A DNA stretch of 64,000 nt, from positions 1,885,620 through 1,949,619 of the forward strand of contig BDGG01000004.1 in assembly GCA_001949185.1 (NCBI GenBank), given 5' to 3'. Of the stretch, positions 28,878-41,880 are shown piece by piece. The stretch comes from Ramazzottius varieornatus. Lineage: Eukaryota > Animalia > Tardigrada. Numbering within the stretch: the stretch's first letter is position 1; the number at the start of each line of letters is the position of its first letter. The position numbers and the translations under genes are program-made. Under the pieces are notes generated by a model. It did not search any database. It worked only from the letters and a program-made list of their open reading frames with translations, and was not told the origin of the DNA.

Positions 28878-29825
28878 TTATATTAGAGTCGATTCTTGTC
28901 TGATGTATTCGCCAATATCTGCTTGGTGAAAGATGCCGGTGGCGATGGGATCGGTGTGGCGAATCTCATGGCTTGACTTGGCCGCAACTCCGAATCCCTG
29001 CGAAAGACTTCGATGAAGTTAAAGTGAACATTAGGCGAAGTGTCGGGCCAAATAGTCTTACCAGAGCAACCTCTCCAACGGAATAAACGATTATTCCAGC
29101 ATACTTGGGCGTATTGTCTGATATCCTGTGTATTCCGGATACTGAGATGTTGTGGCCATAGAGAAACTGTTGTTCCGCGTTAGGTTTCAGGAGTACCCGG
29201 TACTGCAAAGAAAAACTCCGTTTGAACCACTTGGACATTCCATTGTCTTCAGTTATCGGACTTACCGTTGCGTAAGGGGCTAGGAAGTCCAGGGCGGTGA
29301 TATGGAGTCGAAACTTTCCACTCTTTGTGAATTTCCCAAAGCAAGTCCCAAAGCTGACTAAGTTCTCCCGGCTTATTACGGAAGCTTGTTTGAGATGGTA
29401 TTCACTTAACAAAAACGCATAACAAATAAATGGAGTGTATACGAAACTTGTAAATAAAAACTATGAGCTTCCGGTTCCGTTCTGCACAATCCAAATGATT
29501 TCACCAGACATATCAGTTATCACGACCGGCACTCGGATTAATGAAAGAGGTCGCCCTTATTAATTTTCGAACCCGAATGCTAGGAGTACAGACAAACCTG
29601 CAGTAGAAAACGCGATCGTTGTGAAGACGGAAGCAGTACAGTCCATCCGACCGCTCAATCAGTCTCTGAATGTTACTCCCGATACTGAAACGAATAAAAA
29701 CGTTATTGCCGAAGATGCCGCATAGCTAGCATAGCCAACGGGAGAAACAATGGAGTTCAGTTCACATACTACTTGCTAAGTTTCTCGAAGAAATCTTTCG
29801 TTTCCGCATCCGTCAAAGGCCGCAT
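28878..29825 (-). CDS. NIP7: 60S ribosome biogenesis protein NIP7
   Basis: [19 protein letters not shown]...[11 protein letters not shown]...[24 protein letters not shown]...GFGVAAKS...[11 protein letters not shown]. Confidence 0.95.
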
Positions 29826-30547
29826 CGTCGTCTTGACTTCCGGTCAGTCCGCAGGAACAAGTTAACCCGAGAGTCTGCTGCGCACTTCGGGCTGGCACTG
29901 CAGAGCTTGCACTCGTAGGCGGTTCTAATCCTTCCGACTTCTAACGAGCCGCTAACAATCCACAAGACCTGGTAAGATCTACGACGAAGAGCTAAGAACG
30001 TTTTTGTCTCCCAAAAATTCCGATTTCCAATTCCAAAATTAATAAATTTGCAAATTATGCGATACCGCGTTCGACAAATTGCGAATAAAAGCGACATTCC
30101 GTTGTGCCAGTTGATCGACTGAATGGAAAGTCCGTCTCCAGTTCATCAGTGAATGAAGCTATGTTCGTAATATGCTGATTTACATCTGCTTCCGATTTTA
30201 TGCTGTATATCGATTTTCGTTGACGTGTTCTGAAGTCCGAACTCCGGTTCGTCTTTCTCTATCTCGGTATCTGCAATCAGAGATTTGAACAGGTGGTCAT
30301 TATCTGGCATTTTTGAACTCCGATCTCCGGAGACAGCATTATCAGGATCGGCGAGAGTACGAGCAGCTGGCTGTGCGAGACGGCGAACCCAAGGACACAT
30401 CCCTTCGACATTGTGGGATCACTGTCTCGATGTGTTGATGTTCTTTTGTATGCATTTCTATCAGGTCTGCTTGAATAACTATGAGACCAGGACTGGAGGA
30501 TGAAGTGGGCGCCTGCCAGTCGGGACAACGTTGCTAGTTGTTGGAGA

Positions 30548-32573
30548 ATGTCCTTTCCAGACTGGGAAGAGGAACTAGCTGCTCAGAAGTCCCTGTTGAA
30601 CATTGGCAGACAGATGAACAAGAGGCGTGTTGGATCGAGAACCCCCGCGGTGGTGGTGGACAGTCCGGCTGCCGGAGATAGCGTCATCGCTGATGGAAGC
30701 CCAGGATCCAAGGACAGGAACTGGGATAATACGGAAGAAACAACACCTTCGCTGAAAGGAGACTGGAGCAATGTTACGCTCCTGCTGGTACTATACATCC
30801 TTCAGGGAATCCCTTTAGGACTCAGCGGTAGCATTCCCATGATTCTCAGCAGTCGTCATGTCTCCTATCACGATCAAGCCTTCTTCAGTTTGGTCTTTTG
30901 GCCGTTCAGTCTAAAGTTACTCTGGGCTCCCATCGTCGACTCCCTCTACTCGAAGAAGTTTGGCCGAAGGAAGAGCTGGTTGATTCCGACGCAATATCTC
31001 ATTGGGATCTTCATGCTGGTATTGTCCGTCACAGCAGACTCGGTTCTGGATCGCTCTACGGGTGGGTCGCCCAACATCCTCGTGATCACCGGGGTGTTCT
31101 TCGTCCTGAACTTCCTGGCTTCGATACAGGATATCGCGACGGATGGTTGGGCGCTCTCACTCCTCCGTCCGGCTAATGTGGGATATGCGTCGACGTGTAA
31201 CTCTGTCGGACAGACAGCTGGATACTTCATCGGCAATGTCTTGTTCCTGGCGTTCGAATCGCCGGACTTTTGTAACAAATATATTAGAAGTGTTCCGCAG
31301 GCGGAAGGTATTCTCACGTTACCCGGTTATTTATGGTTTTGGGGACTGACATTCGTTGCATGCACCACGGTCGTGTGGGTGATCAAGAGGGAGAAAGACG
31401 ATCGCCATGACGCTTCCGCCGGAATATACTCAGCATATGGGACGCTGTTGAATATTCTGAAGCTCCCGAGCGTGCTGAGGCTGAGCGTTGTCTTGTTAAC
31501 AGCAAAGGTTAGTCCACCCCGTACATTGAATCGCAAAGCTTTTTGGTGTCACAAATTGGAATTACGGTTTGGTTCTAATAGGCTGCTTTTGCTGCAGCGG
31601 AAGCTGTTGCTGGACTGAAGCTGATCGAATATGGCGTCCACAAGGAGCAACTTGCTCTCCTGGCGATCCCGATGGTCCCTCTGCAAATCATCCTACCTCT
31701 GCTCATAAGCAAATATACGGCTGGTCCGAAACCTATGAATATTTTTCTCAAAAGCTACCCTTTCAGGTGAGTAGCTTGTGAACTATTAAGTGAATTAAAT
31801 AGTGAAAATCGAAAGTTTTTTGGTCGGAAAATTAAAAGTGTGAAAGCGAAACGCAAACTGAAGCAATTCAAACAACGTATGTTTGTTCAGGGTAAGGTTT
31901 TTACAGAATGTTAATGGGACTGGAGTTCGCACTGATCGTCTGGATAACGCCCAAGATGCAGTCTGCCGATGGAACCTTTCCCACTTACTACTATGGACTG
32001 GTGCTACTTAGTTATGCTGTACATCAGGTAAGTGAATGCGACTTGCGGACCTCTTGCTGCTTCGAAAACGGCAGGCTAGGCGTTAGAGAGTGATCGTTTT
32101 CGGATGCTGTAGATTGCTCTTTATGGAATGTTTGTTTCGGTGATGGGCTTCTTTGCACGCGTCAGTGACCCAAAGATTGGCGGGACGTACATGACACTAC
32201 TCAACACAGTGTACAATCTGGGCGGAAACTGGCCTAATACTCTGGTGCTGGGTCTTGTTGACGACCTAACCTTCGCGACATGCAAAAGTGGCACACATGA
32301 AGGGCTAAGCTGCAACCAGAAGGATAAAAAAGAGGTTTGTTAACTTCGTTTCCTTTGATTTTTATTGATTATGAAATATGAACGGAGTGATTAATGACCA
32401 TTGGTATACAGGCATGTGACTCCGGTGGCGGAACATGTGTCGTTGACGTGGATGGATTTTATGTTCAAGTGATTATTTGCTTTGTTTTTGGTTTGTTTTG
32501 GTACCGGTTTTTCCGAACGAGGATTCAGCGCCTCCAGAATCTCCCTGAAAGTGCTTGGAGGCTGCAAAAATAG
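30548..32573 (+). CDS. SLC33A1: Acetyl-CoA transporter AT-1 (MFS); start codon uncertain
   Basis: LLLVLYILQGIPLGL, WPFSLKLLWAPIVDS, GRRKSWLIPTQY, ASIQDIATDGWAL, DPKIGGTYMTLLNT, DGFYVQ...LQNLPESAWR. Confidence 0.93.
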
Positions 32574-34476
32574 CACGCATATGGCATCAGTCTTTTCCTT
32601 TTTTCTTATCCGTCCATTCCACATTTCCGAGTGCGCGCACTCAGTCTTAGGAACTGTCGTCCCTAGTGCGTTTGCATAGGCTAGTGGGTCGTTCTATTGA
32701 TCAGAGACATATGTTTGTACAGCTCTAATTTACAGAGTAAATATGTTCAGATCGACGCTTCTTTCAAATCGTTAACCGTAATGTTCAGTCATACTTGATC
32801 AAACCCAAATCCGCGCTCAGAAATTTGACAAATTGCCCAAAAGAAAATTTTCAAAAGTTCTTGGAAGGTTATAACGATTGCCGGTTCTTTCGCATAGCAG
32901 AAGACTGTGGCTACTTCCGTATGAACACATACTTTCTATGTATGCTTTTGGTACGAGCGCCACAGATCTCTCAGGGTCCATGGATTTGCGCTCGGTGCGA
33001 AATCTTCTCTTTGGTGGGACTACAGTGGACAGGAAGAACCGCCTTGAAAAAACTGAATGGGGCTGTAATACGATCTTTGGGCGTACATTGCATGTGACAG
33101 TTATCGCATGAAATGATCCGTTGCTTCAATCGTTCGCCAGCTCTGTATCTTTGTGGGAGGGCGAAAAAATCAAGACCGAGAGATCTCCCCAAGCCATCGT
33201 CTTTGTGTCCCGCTCGTACATTCCTTTGATGGAAAAACGACACATCTTCAGTGTGTCGAGATTTTTGAATGGGTGTACTATTGGATGTACTGAATCTGTT
33301 GATCCGATAGGGGACAGCGACCCGCATTGCCGAGGGACCGAAGGAAATAGGAAGGAGGCTCTTCCTGATTTCTTGTCAACCTTCTCAGATCTCCTTGTGG
33401 TAGATTGTTTAGGTTCTCCTCGAGGCAGGTCCTTCTCACAACTTAAGTAATTGGTTTTTGACACTTCAAGAATTTGACAACATCCGCAAGAGAGCCCGTG
33501 AGGAAGTGCACGTATCCTGTGCAGCTGTGGGTGTCCGCGTTGGCTGCACCAGCACCAATTCTTTTCACAGTATTTTCTGAAACGAATCCCTTCTTTGATT
33601 CCATTGCGCCGCCTTGGATTGCTTCCTAACTGTAGAGGACTTTGTCTGCTTTGCAAGAAGGGAAGATTGGCTGTCATCAGCCATCTTTATTGTTTATTAG
33701 TCCATCCAACACAGTTTGAGTTATCGTATTTGATAGATTTGCCAGCTCGATCAATATTGCAACGGATGTCCATCCGGTAGTGTCTAGATCCATTCCCGTT
33801 CTTTGCGCTGTATTTGCAAAGATGATGCCTTATATAAACCACAAGCCTGATTCTGGCCCTTATCAGTTCTTCCAGCTCTTCCAGTGGGTCGACTCATTGT
33901 GGTCCAGCGAAACAAAGTTTCATGGTACCGGTGGCTCCTCGAGCAGCTGTTTATGTCCTGTTGTGAAGGACTTATCCGGCTTATTTCGTACCTGTGAGGA
34001 ACATTGCTGAGGTTGTCCGGTGACATCCTGCGAGTTATTATCGGCTGTATGAGCAGCTTGACGGACGTGTAAAGTTGGTTGGAGGGCTCAATTGTCAACA
34101 ATTTTTGCGGCAATCCACCGGATTAATTTTACATCCATATTTGCACTTGGACAAGTTTCATCACTGCGGTTTCCGGATTGTTGTTGAAACTAATGGCAGC
34201 AACAATGCTCAATTAAGCATGCAGAGCAAGGCCCATTTTCTGGACTTTTGATGACCTGGACTTCCGGCAGGCGAGATGGACCATCTGCAGCGCCAAATGC
34301 TGACAACTATGCCTTTAAGTGCTCTCGCTTTCGACGGAAGTTTCCTGCTGCGTATGCTATGCTTATGGCCGAGATGCGTGATAGCATTCCTTGACTCTTG
34401 CTGAGGTTTCTCCTTTCATCATTTTCTGCCGGAAAGCGCGGAACGGAAATATACATCGCGCAGGACAAATGTGACC

Positions 34477-37400
34477 ATGCCCAGTGTTATCCATTCCATA
34501 ATGCGCCTGACTACTTCCTGGTTCGTCATAGTCCTTCCTGGTATGGCCATCATGATGAAATCTGCTGTGTTGTGACGGTCTGCCAAATTCAAGCTATCGT
34601 ATTTGACGTTAAACTGTGATTTGATAATTCAGTTTTCTTTCTAGTGGCGTCTCAGTTGGCGAACCCTATTCAGTCAAATCGGCTTTATGCCGATTACGCC
34701 CGATCGACACAATCAAATTTTGGAGCACTGGCAGATGTAAATGTTTTCTCAACTAATCCCAACGGACCAACGCCATTTCACATGAAGTACAGCAATACCG
34801 GATGCGAATTACAACCAAATTTCCGGTGTGCATCTTTGGATGTCTGCATTCCTCTGAATCAGGTCGATTACTGAAACACATGCTTCTCTGTCATGGTCTC
34901 CCGCTTATTACTATAGTTTTCAAATTTTTCCCTACTAATTTTTTGTTTCAGGTTTTGAACGGATACAAAGGTAGGAAAATGCTACGCCATAATCTTAACG
35001 AGAATAACATTTAATGAATATTTCGCCCAGATTGCCCCGATGGCTCGGACGAAGAGTCGAGACTGGTAAGGGTCGTTGAACTTAAGCACCTGTGAAAAAT
35101 TGTGATCATTATTTTCGGCTTTTGGGATTTTTTGATAGCAGTGCTGATCGAGAATCCTTGTGATGTTGTAGATGGATTATTGTACACTTGGCTCTGCGTT
35201 TCATCGGTGTGATGCTAATTCCCGCTGCTTGACAACTGCTTTCGGATATCGATGTCAGTGCAAAGACGGATATACCGGTGATGGCTTCTACTGCGAAAGT
35301 AAGTGCTAATGAAGGACGTGTGGTTCCAACCATGGGCGGCACAATAGGGAAGGGAACCGAAGATGAGTGTCGGCTGACATTAAATTCATAACTTCGATTG
35401 ACCCACATATTACCATAACAAAAATCACTTTGACCAAGTCTCTTTTCCCGGCAGAGTTCCCTGTGGGAATTCAAATCGCGGCTACATTTGGCGAAGACGA
35501 TCTCCATCAGACATTAGAAGACGTGCCAGTGCGCTTCAACGTATCACTGGTGGTCGTTCCCGCCGCTCCCGACGGATACAATACCAACCTCACCCTGACT
35601 GTAATCGGATTACCCAAGGAAGCTTCCTTCGATATAGGCAGGTGATCGTTATGGTGATGTCACCTTTTGTTTCTTTAGCACAACTGGTATGAACCTACGG
35701 CAAGCCATAAAAAATACACTGAAAAATTCTTTCAAACACTTGCATACACTAAGCTGCGTTCTTGCTGGTCTGCGGAAGTATGCAGGCGCGTGAAAGAGTC
35801 AGACTCGTCGCTTGTGAACTCTCACTTGGAAGAGATAAGCTGGTTCTTCACAATAAGGCTAGTCTCTCTGAAAATTTGCATATGTTGCGACTTTGGTCGG
35901 TTTCCGTTTTCTGCAGGTAGTCCATGCAACATGACTTCCTGGTGTTTCACGGAGGCGGACTTTGTCTTTGGGACCTACGTGAGCTCGCTATTCTATCCGC
36001 CCAGAGACTGGTCGGGCACCATACCCTTTACCATCGTGGCAGAGATGGTGGTGCAAGGATACTGGATTACGGGGTACTCGGCCACGACCCTTACAGTAAT
36101 ACCCGTTCCTGATCCCCCGGTTTTACGAGTCGGTACAGCCTGCTTCAAAGACGGCGATGATACGCAAGTGGAGATTCCTGTCAGTGCTCGTTTAACCGAC
36201 GAAGACTCTGAAGAGCTGGAAGTTGATTTGGATGGACTTCCTGAGGGATTTGATGTTTCCACATGGACAGACCAGACGGGTAATTAGGAGATTAACTTTA
36301 ATCTGCCTCTTTAATTGTGGTATCTATTGTGGCCAAGCAGTTCGTGTGTTCGACTAGGTCAGGAATATAGTATGGCCGACAACGGCAGCAGCGTCCTCGG
36401 ACAATCGTCGCTCGTCACGCGGCTGATCGTTAAACCCACTGGACAAAAGATGGGCCCATTCAATGCAACTGTCATTGCTATCGCTCGAGAAAAAAGCAAC
36501 GGACTACAAAATCAAACAGTACGACACATTACGGTGGAAAAGTGCCCTCCATGTAAGAAATGAAGTTAGATGGATGACCATGAACACACTAGTCGACCAA
36601 AGAATATTTGCTGACAAACATAGGGAAAATTCGATAATGAAATCCGTGTTGACGCCCCTCGAGTCAAGAGCATGGATTTATCAAATTTCACTTATTATTC
36701 AATTTCTGGAATTACCCATGCATATAAGTGTTTGATGAACGAGCGAGAAGCCGGCATCTGAATTGTAATGGTAGATCAGTATATCATCACTCTTGATCTT
36801 CCTTGTTTGTTCTGTCTGAATAGATCCGGATATGAGCGTCATATTCGTGGTGCCACCTACGACCCTGGAAGATAAGAATATTCCTTTTCAAGTATCAGTC
36901 AGGGTATGTCCAATATATATGTTTGGCTGTAAGAGTCTGCGAACCTTCCTCTCTGAACGAACTTGTTTGTAGTTTGGGCTCGACGAAAGTCCGCGGCTAA
37001 TGGCCATTCACATTTTGGATTTGCCCCCAAGCGCTTCCTTCAACCGTGGCCATCGAGCGATCAATGACTCGTGGATACTATCGCGGAAAGATCTGGCTGA
37101 GGAAGGCCTGGAGCTTATTCCTCCACGTCGGTATTCGGGAGATCTAATTCTGACGGGCAGGACGGATGTGTTGTATCGTGGCTTTGAATACCAACTGAAT
37201 TCAAGCGCCACAATAACAATTTTGCCTGTGGTCAATGCGCCACGGCTATCCATATCGCCCGAAGTAGTTTGTCTATCAATCAATACCACAAACATGACCT
37301 TCTCTGTGGATGCCGCCCTGACCGATGATGACGGATCGGAAAGCCTCATCCTGACTTATAACATCCCAGAGGAATGGATAGGTTCAGTTGGGGATGCTTA

Positions 37401-39282
37401 TCACGGAAGTTACAGCTCCATGATAACCCAATCAAGTCATGAACTCATTAACGTTACAGTCGCCTCACCCGCCGGCTTCATTTATCCCATAGAAATACCA
37501 GTGGTGCTGATGGCTGTGGAGAATGCTAACGCTGACCAAAATATTGTATACAAAGTTGTCCGTGTCCAAGTTTGCGATGCCGCTCAAGCTGCTGCAAGTG
37601 CAGGTAAGAAGAATATTTTCGAAGTAGAACGTGGAATTTTAGTCATTGGTATTACCGATTAGCCTTTTCGGTTCTGCAGGATTGAGGCAACGAACTACCA
37701 TAATATGGAACGTGACCACGCCCCAGCCGTCGTTCATCCACGAGGATATTTGGTCTCAACCGCGTTCCTTCCTCGCACATTCCAATGCTACGTTGACCAA
37801 GGGACAGTCAGGGAAGAACATATCTGCATTGGCTCTTTATCGCACAATTGTGAACTCTTCATCGGTTGAGAAGGACCAAAGGATAAACAGTAGCAGTATG
37901 ATGAACCTCTCGTCCGCGTACTGGTACAAGAACGCCTCTCGAGCCAACACAACTGGAAACTACCTCGTCGCCGAATCCAGCCTTATCACTGTAACACAGC
38001 TTCCTGACCAAACGCAGGACGACGAGTCGGTAATCCGAGTGAACGATAGCAACATTGTTACATCTAAAAGGCGTACTACAGCCGGTAAGATCAAAACGCC
38101 GAAGCAGAACAAGGAGCACGGCAGTACCAGAAGCCGCGATAGGTCCAAGCCAAGGACCCGGAAGCCGAAGCTACCACAACTGGTTGCCGTGACCGGTAAG
38201 GCGAAGTTGGACGATATCGAGCTGGAGCAGCACGTTAGCATCGATAACGGCACGGAAGATATACCAATAAGAATTAACATTTCGGTCACGACAAGGAATG
38301 CCCCCCGCAATGCCGCCGTCCAAGTCAGGATATCGGGACTTCCTACTGGATCCTATCTGGACAAGGGCGAGAAGGAAGCTAGTAGTCACGCCTGGCTCCT
38401 ACAGTACGAGGACTTGGGGTCTTTGTTATTGCACCTGCCCCAGCACCAGGCAGGTTTGCTGCCAATAATCATCACTTCGACACTGGAGCTGCAAAGGAAC
38501 AAGTCTCTCTCCGCTCGACAGAGTTTCGAAATTTCTGTACGACCGGAGACGGACTTTGGCCAGATCGATATAAAAGGTCCATACCTTGATCGAGGGTGCG
38601 TGGACAAGTCGGAGAAGGAAATTCGTCTTTCCTTGAAAGTTGTGCTGGAAGACAACGGTAGGTACGATCACAATGCTTTTCACTGGTTTCGTTGGTACCG
38701 CTTTCTTAGTTATGGTTCTCCATTTTGATTGCAAAATTTTTCAGACGGGTCGGAAGACGTGGAATTTCTCGAAGTGACCGGCATACCGAAGAGTGTTCGC
38801 ATGTACCCAGGGCGTTACATAGGTAGGTCCTCCGTTCGTAGTTCCCGGCTTGCGGCAGCTTAACGAGCCCGATTGATGTTAGGCGGCAGTGACTGCCTCG
38901 AATTTTATAATTATTATATCTGACAGGAAGCGAAAGCTCCCGGATTATATTCCCAAAAGAGCTGCCTGGTCTGGTACTGCGCACTGACACCGTCTTCTCC
39001 AAATTCCGAATGACGATAGACGCTAAGGTCCGGGAGAAGGACACTGGAATTCGCTCCTCAGTTTCCCGCCAGTTATTTATCGAAACCTGCACGAATGGAG
39101 CTGCGAGTAAGGAATCAGGTAATGTTCAGATCGCACAGTCTTAGCAGAATTTTCTACCTGGTCTTTAACACGCTCATTGTTTAGTAGAAAGAATCCAAAG
39201 GAGCAACGGATCAAGATTTCCGAACGTTTTCACTGCACTGTTACTTTGCCTTCAAGTTTTGTTAGTACTGTGCTGTAGATGA
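34477..39282 (+). CDS. Chimeric cell-surface protein (~1,080 aa): signal peptide, LDLa, EGF, three bacterial-adhesin-like Ig modules, GPI-like tail
   Basis: About 14 exons with compatible phases. MRLTTSWFVIVLPVASQ signal; CELQPNFRCASLDVCI...DCPDGSDE; six-Cys EGF ending CQCKDGYTGDGFYC; repeats with ED.P, GLP..G...W, P..WSG/YSG, PV.D.P.L and LTDDDGSE; hydrophobic C-terminus. Confidence 0.8.
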
Positions 39283-39555
39283 CAGGTAAGATTAAGATCT
39301 TCAAGCAAGTAGTCTTCTCAAGCACGAATACGACTGTGATAGAATCCAAACATGAATTAGGATGATATCAATAAATAATTTACTCCTAGCTAAAAGTTTC
39401 TCCTTTCCAATATATCGAGGGTGTCAGCAGAAAAAGCCCGATTTACACATGAAAAAACGGTTTTTGAGAAAGCTCTTGCAGGTAAAGTTCACGGTTCGCC
39501 TGACCGCCGAACAAAATAACTCAGAGTAATCCTTGTTGGTTTTTCGGGCTGTAAC

Positions 39556-41880
39556 TCAGTCCATGCCATCTTCATCGTCGTCGACATCTAGGAAAGAAAG
39601 TAGTGAAAATAAAGCTCTTGAGTGTACAACCGTGAAAGTTCACCGAAGGGGACGGAAGTGAAAAGCACGAACCTGGATCTGCTGGGATTCCATGAAACGA
39701 CAGAACACCATCTTGCAGTTTCGCTTCCACTTTGTCGCAGTCGGGGAACTGTTCGATGAGATACTGCATCAGCCTACACGGAAAATGCTTCATGGTATAG
39801 TTCGCGACTCCGAAAAGGACACCATGAGCTAATATAATTAGGCGGTTCTTACTCGTCGGATCTCAAGTTGTACCAGTGCACGATTTCTTTGCACACGGCG
39901 CACTTCCATCTAGGTTCTCCAGACTGCTGGTGCATCTGAAGAAAGCTAGCACCTTCAAAGCAGGTCGCGTGGCGGCACCTACTGCCCTTGCAGGCTACTT
40001 TCATCTTGGTGTAAGTTATCGGGCACGTTAGAGAAAGGGATATCTTGTCCAGCGGTTCGATGTCTTTGTTCGGTCCAAGAAGAGAATTGAGAACTACAAA
40101 ACAACACACGTCGTCATTTGCTCACAACTCAACAGATTTTGACTGGGCACTTGAGTCAAGCTTACCTAGTTCGATAGTATCCATCACAGGCGTGCGGTCC
40201 ACAGCACCAGTCACAGAGTCTAAGCTGCGGACTGCGGCCAGGAAGACATACCCTTGATACTAAAAACAGAGTCTACAATCCTCTTAAATACATGTACAAC
40301 CGCATTACTGCATCAAAAGGTAGAAAGGATACCTTACGTGGGTGCAGTACTTGATGGACTCAGGTATGCTCGGAAACGAAAACTCCAGTTTGTTGGAGGC
40401 GTTGCTTATGACGGAAGAAAGCTCCAGCGGTACATCGAACACTGTTGCTTTCTTAATCCATATCTTGGATGTCAAAGACTGCGGCTTCTGAAAGAAGACT
40501 AGAGTAAGTATAATGTCGGAAAGACTTGATCGGCGAGTAGCTTACTTGGCTGCAGATTTTTCGTTCTCCACCATTCAAAGCATATTCAAAACCGACGGGC
40601 AGATCCGCTTGGCGATTATCTCGCAAGGACCCAACAGACCGGAAACACAGCAGAACCCGTTCAGACGCTTCGATGTCGGGCGCCATAAAAGACAACGCAC
40701 AAGAGTTCGTTTCCCCGAACGAGGCTGCAGCTGCAATACCCAAACGAATCATTATAGTCTCTAAATAACATGAATTTAATAATTAACCGCGCCATTCTTT
40801 AACAGCGTAACTTACGCACAGTAAAATTTACCAAGCAGGATTTGATTTGGTAAAAGGCTGGTTGTGCTAAGCCAAGGACGCACGGTGCATCTTCGGGCAC
40901 CACAAAATGATCTAAAGCCGACGCGTGTTTCTTCGAGTTCCAAACTCTTTCGACGAGGTCCCCCACTCGACATTTGACCGATCGGAGACCCCCTTCATCG
41001 ACATCCGTGGAGAACTTGCTAATTAACAAGGTAGGTTCCCCAGCATGTCCTCGGGATGGGGAAGGAGCTGGATGTGGCACAGTCAGGCCGCTTACAAGCG
41101 TCACACCTTCCAAGTTGCTCAGATCTATTGTCATCTAAACAATAAAAGGTACGCAGGAAAACCTGGCAAAGAGTGCTGATGCAACCAGTGACAGAAAAAT
41201 ACGAAGTTCCTACGCCATTCGTATCTTGCTCCACCGTCCGACTATAAGAAAGGAAGGTGCAGTTAGATACAAACACTGGGAAAAAGCGTATCAGAGACTT
41301 TACTTAATGGAAGTATCCATTTCATCAGCAGAAGAAGAAGAATCCGGTATGGCGTTTGAGAACCTACATAAGGAGCAAAAATCCCGACACTGCAGTAAAC
41401 ATAAATATTGGTGGGTGGAGGGACGACCAAACTTACGATCCGTCAGTTTGGCTCCCTAGGAGCTGCACTTCTCCCAATTCGGAACGTATCTCGTCGCGCA
41501 CAGTCTGAAGGGGCCGGTCGAGGTAATCCACGCAACCGCGACAGGTCTTGAATATCTCTAGTGCCTGCTGACGGCTGCTCTCCGAGCCGCGATAGAATCG
41601 GGTGAAGCACATATCCATTGCTTTCTTCTGTGACAGCGACGAAGTTTTCGTCACGCTAAAGTAAGCTAGAAATTTTCGTAACTGCGCAAGGGGGGTTTCT
41701 GCGAAGAGTCTCTGTAAGAATAGCGATATGGGTTTACAATAATGTGCATAAATGCTTAAACTGTTCAAGGTACCACCGCGAAGGCTTACTTACTCGCACA
41801 ATGGGTTTGTCCAGCCTGTCCAAATGTCCCGAACGCTTGTGCTGCATAACCCATTGTTTCAGCGTAACCTGTTGATCCAT
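39556..41880 (-). CDS. Divergent SP-RING (zf-MIZ) SUMO E3 ligase-like protein, PIAS/Siz family
   Basis: ISLSLTCPITYTKMKVACKGSRCRHATCFEGASFLQMHQQSGEPRWKCAVC; SAP-like N-terminal LAQLRKFLAYFSVTKT; acidic tail DVDDDEDGMD*. Some exon boundaries are uncertain. Confidence 0.7.

Noticed and set aside
32971-34113. Minus-strand ORFs of 109-183 aa between SLC33A1 and the chimeric gene
   Set aside because: No recognisable domain or consistent exon chain. A degraded gene cannot be excluded but is unsupported.
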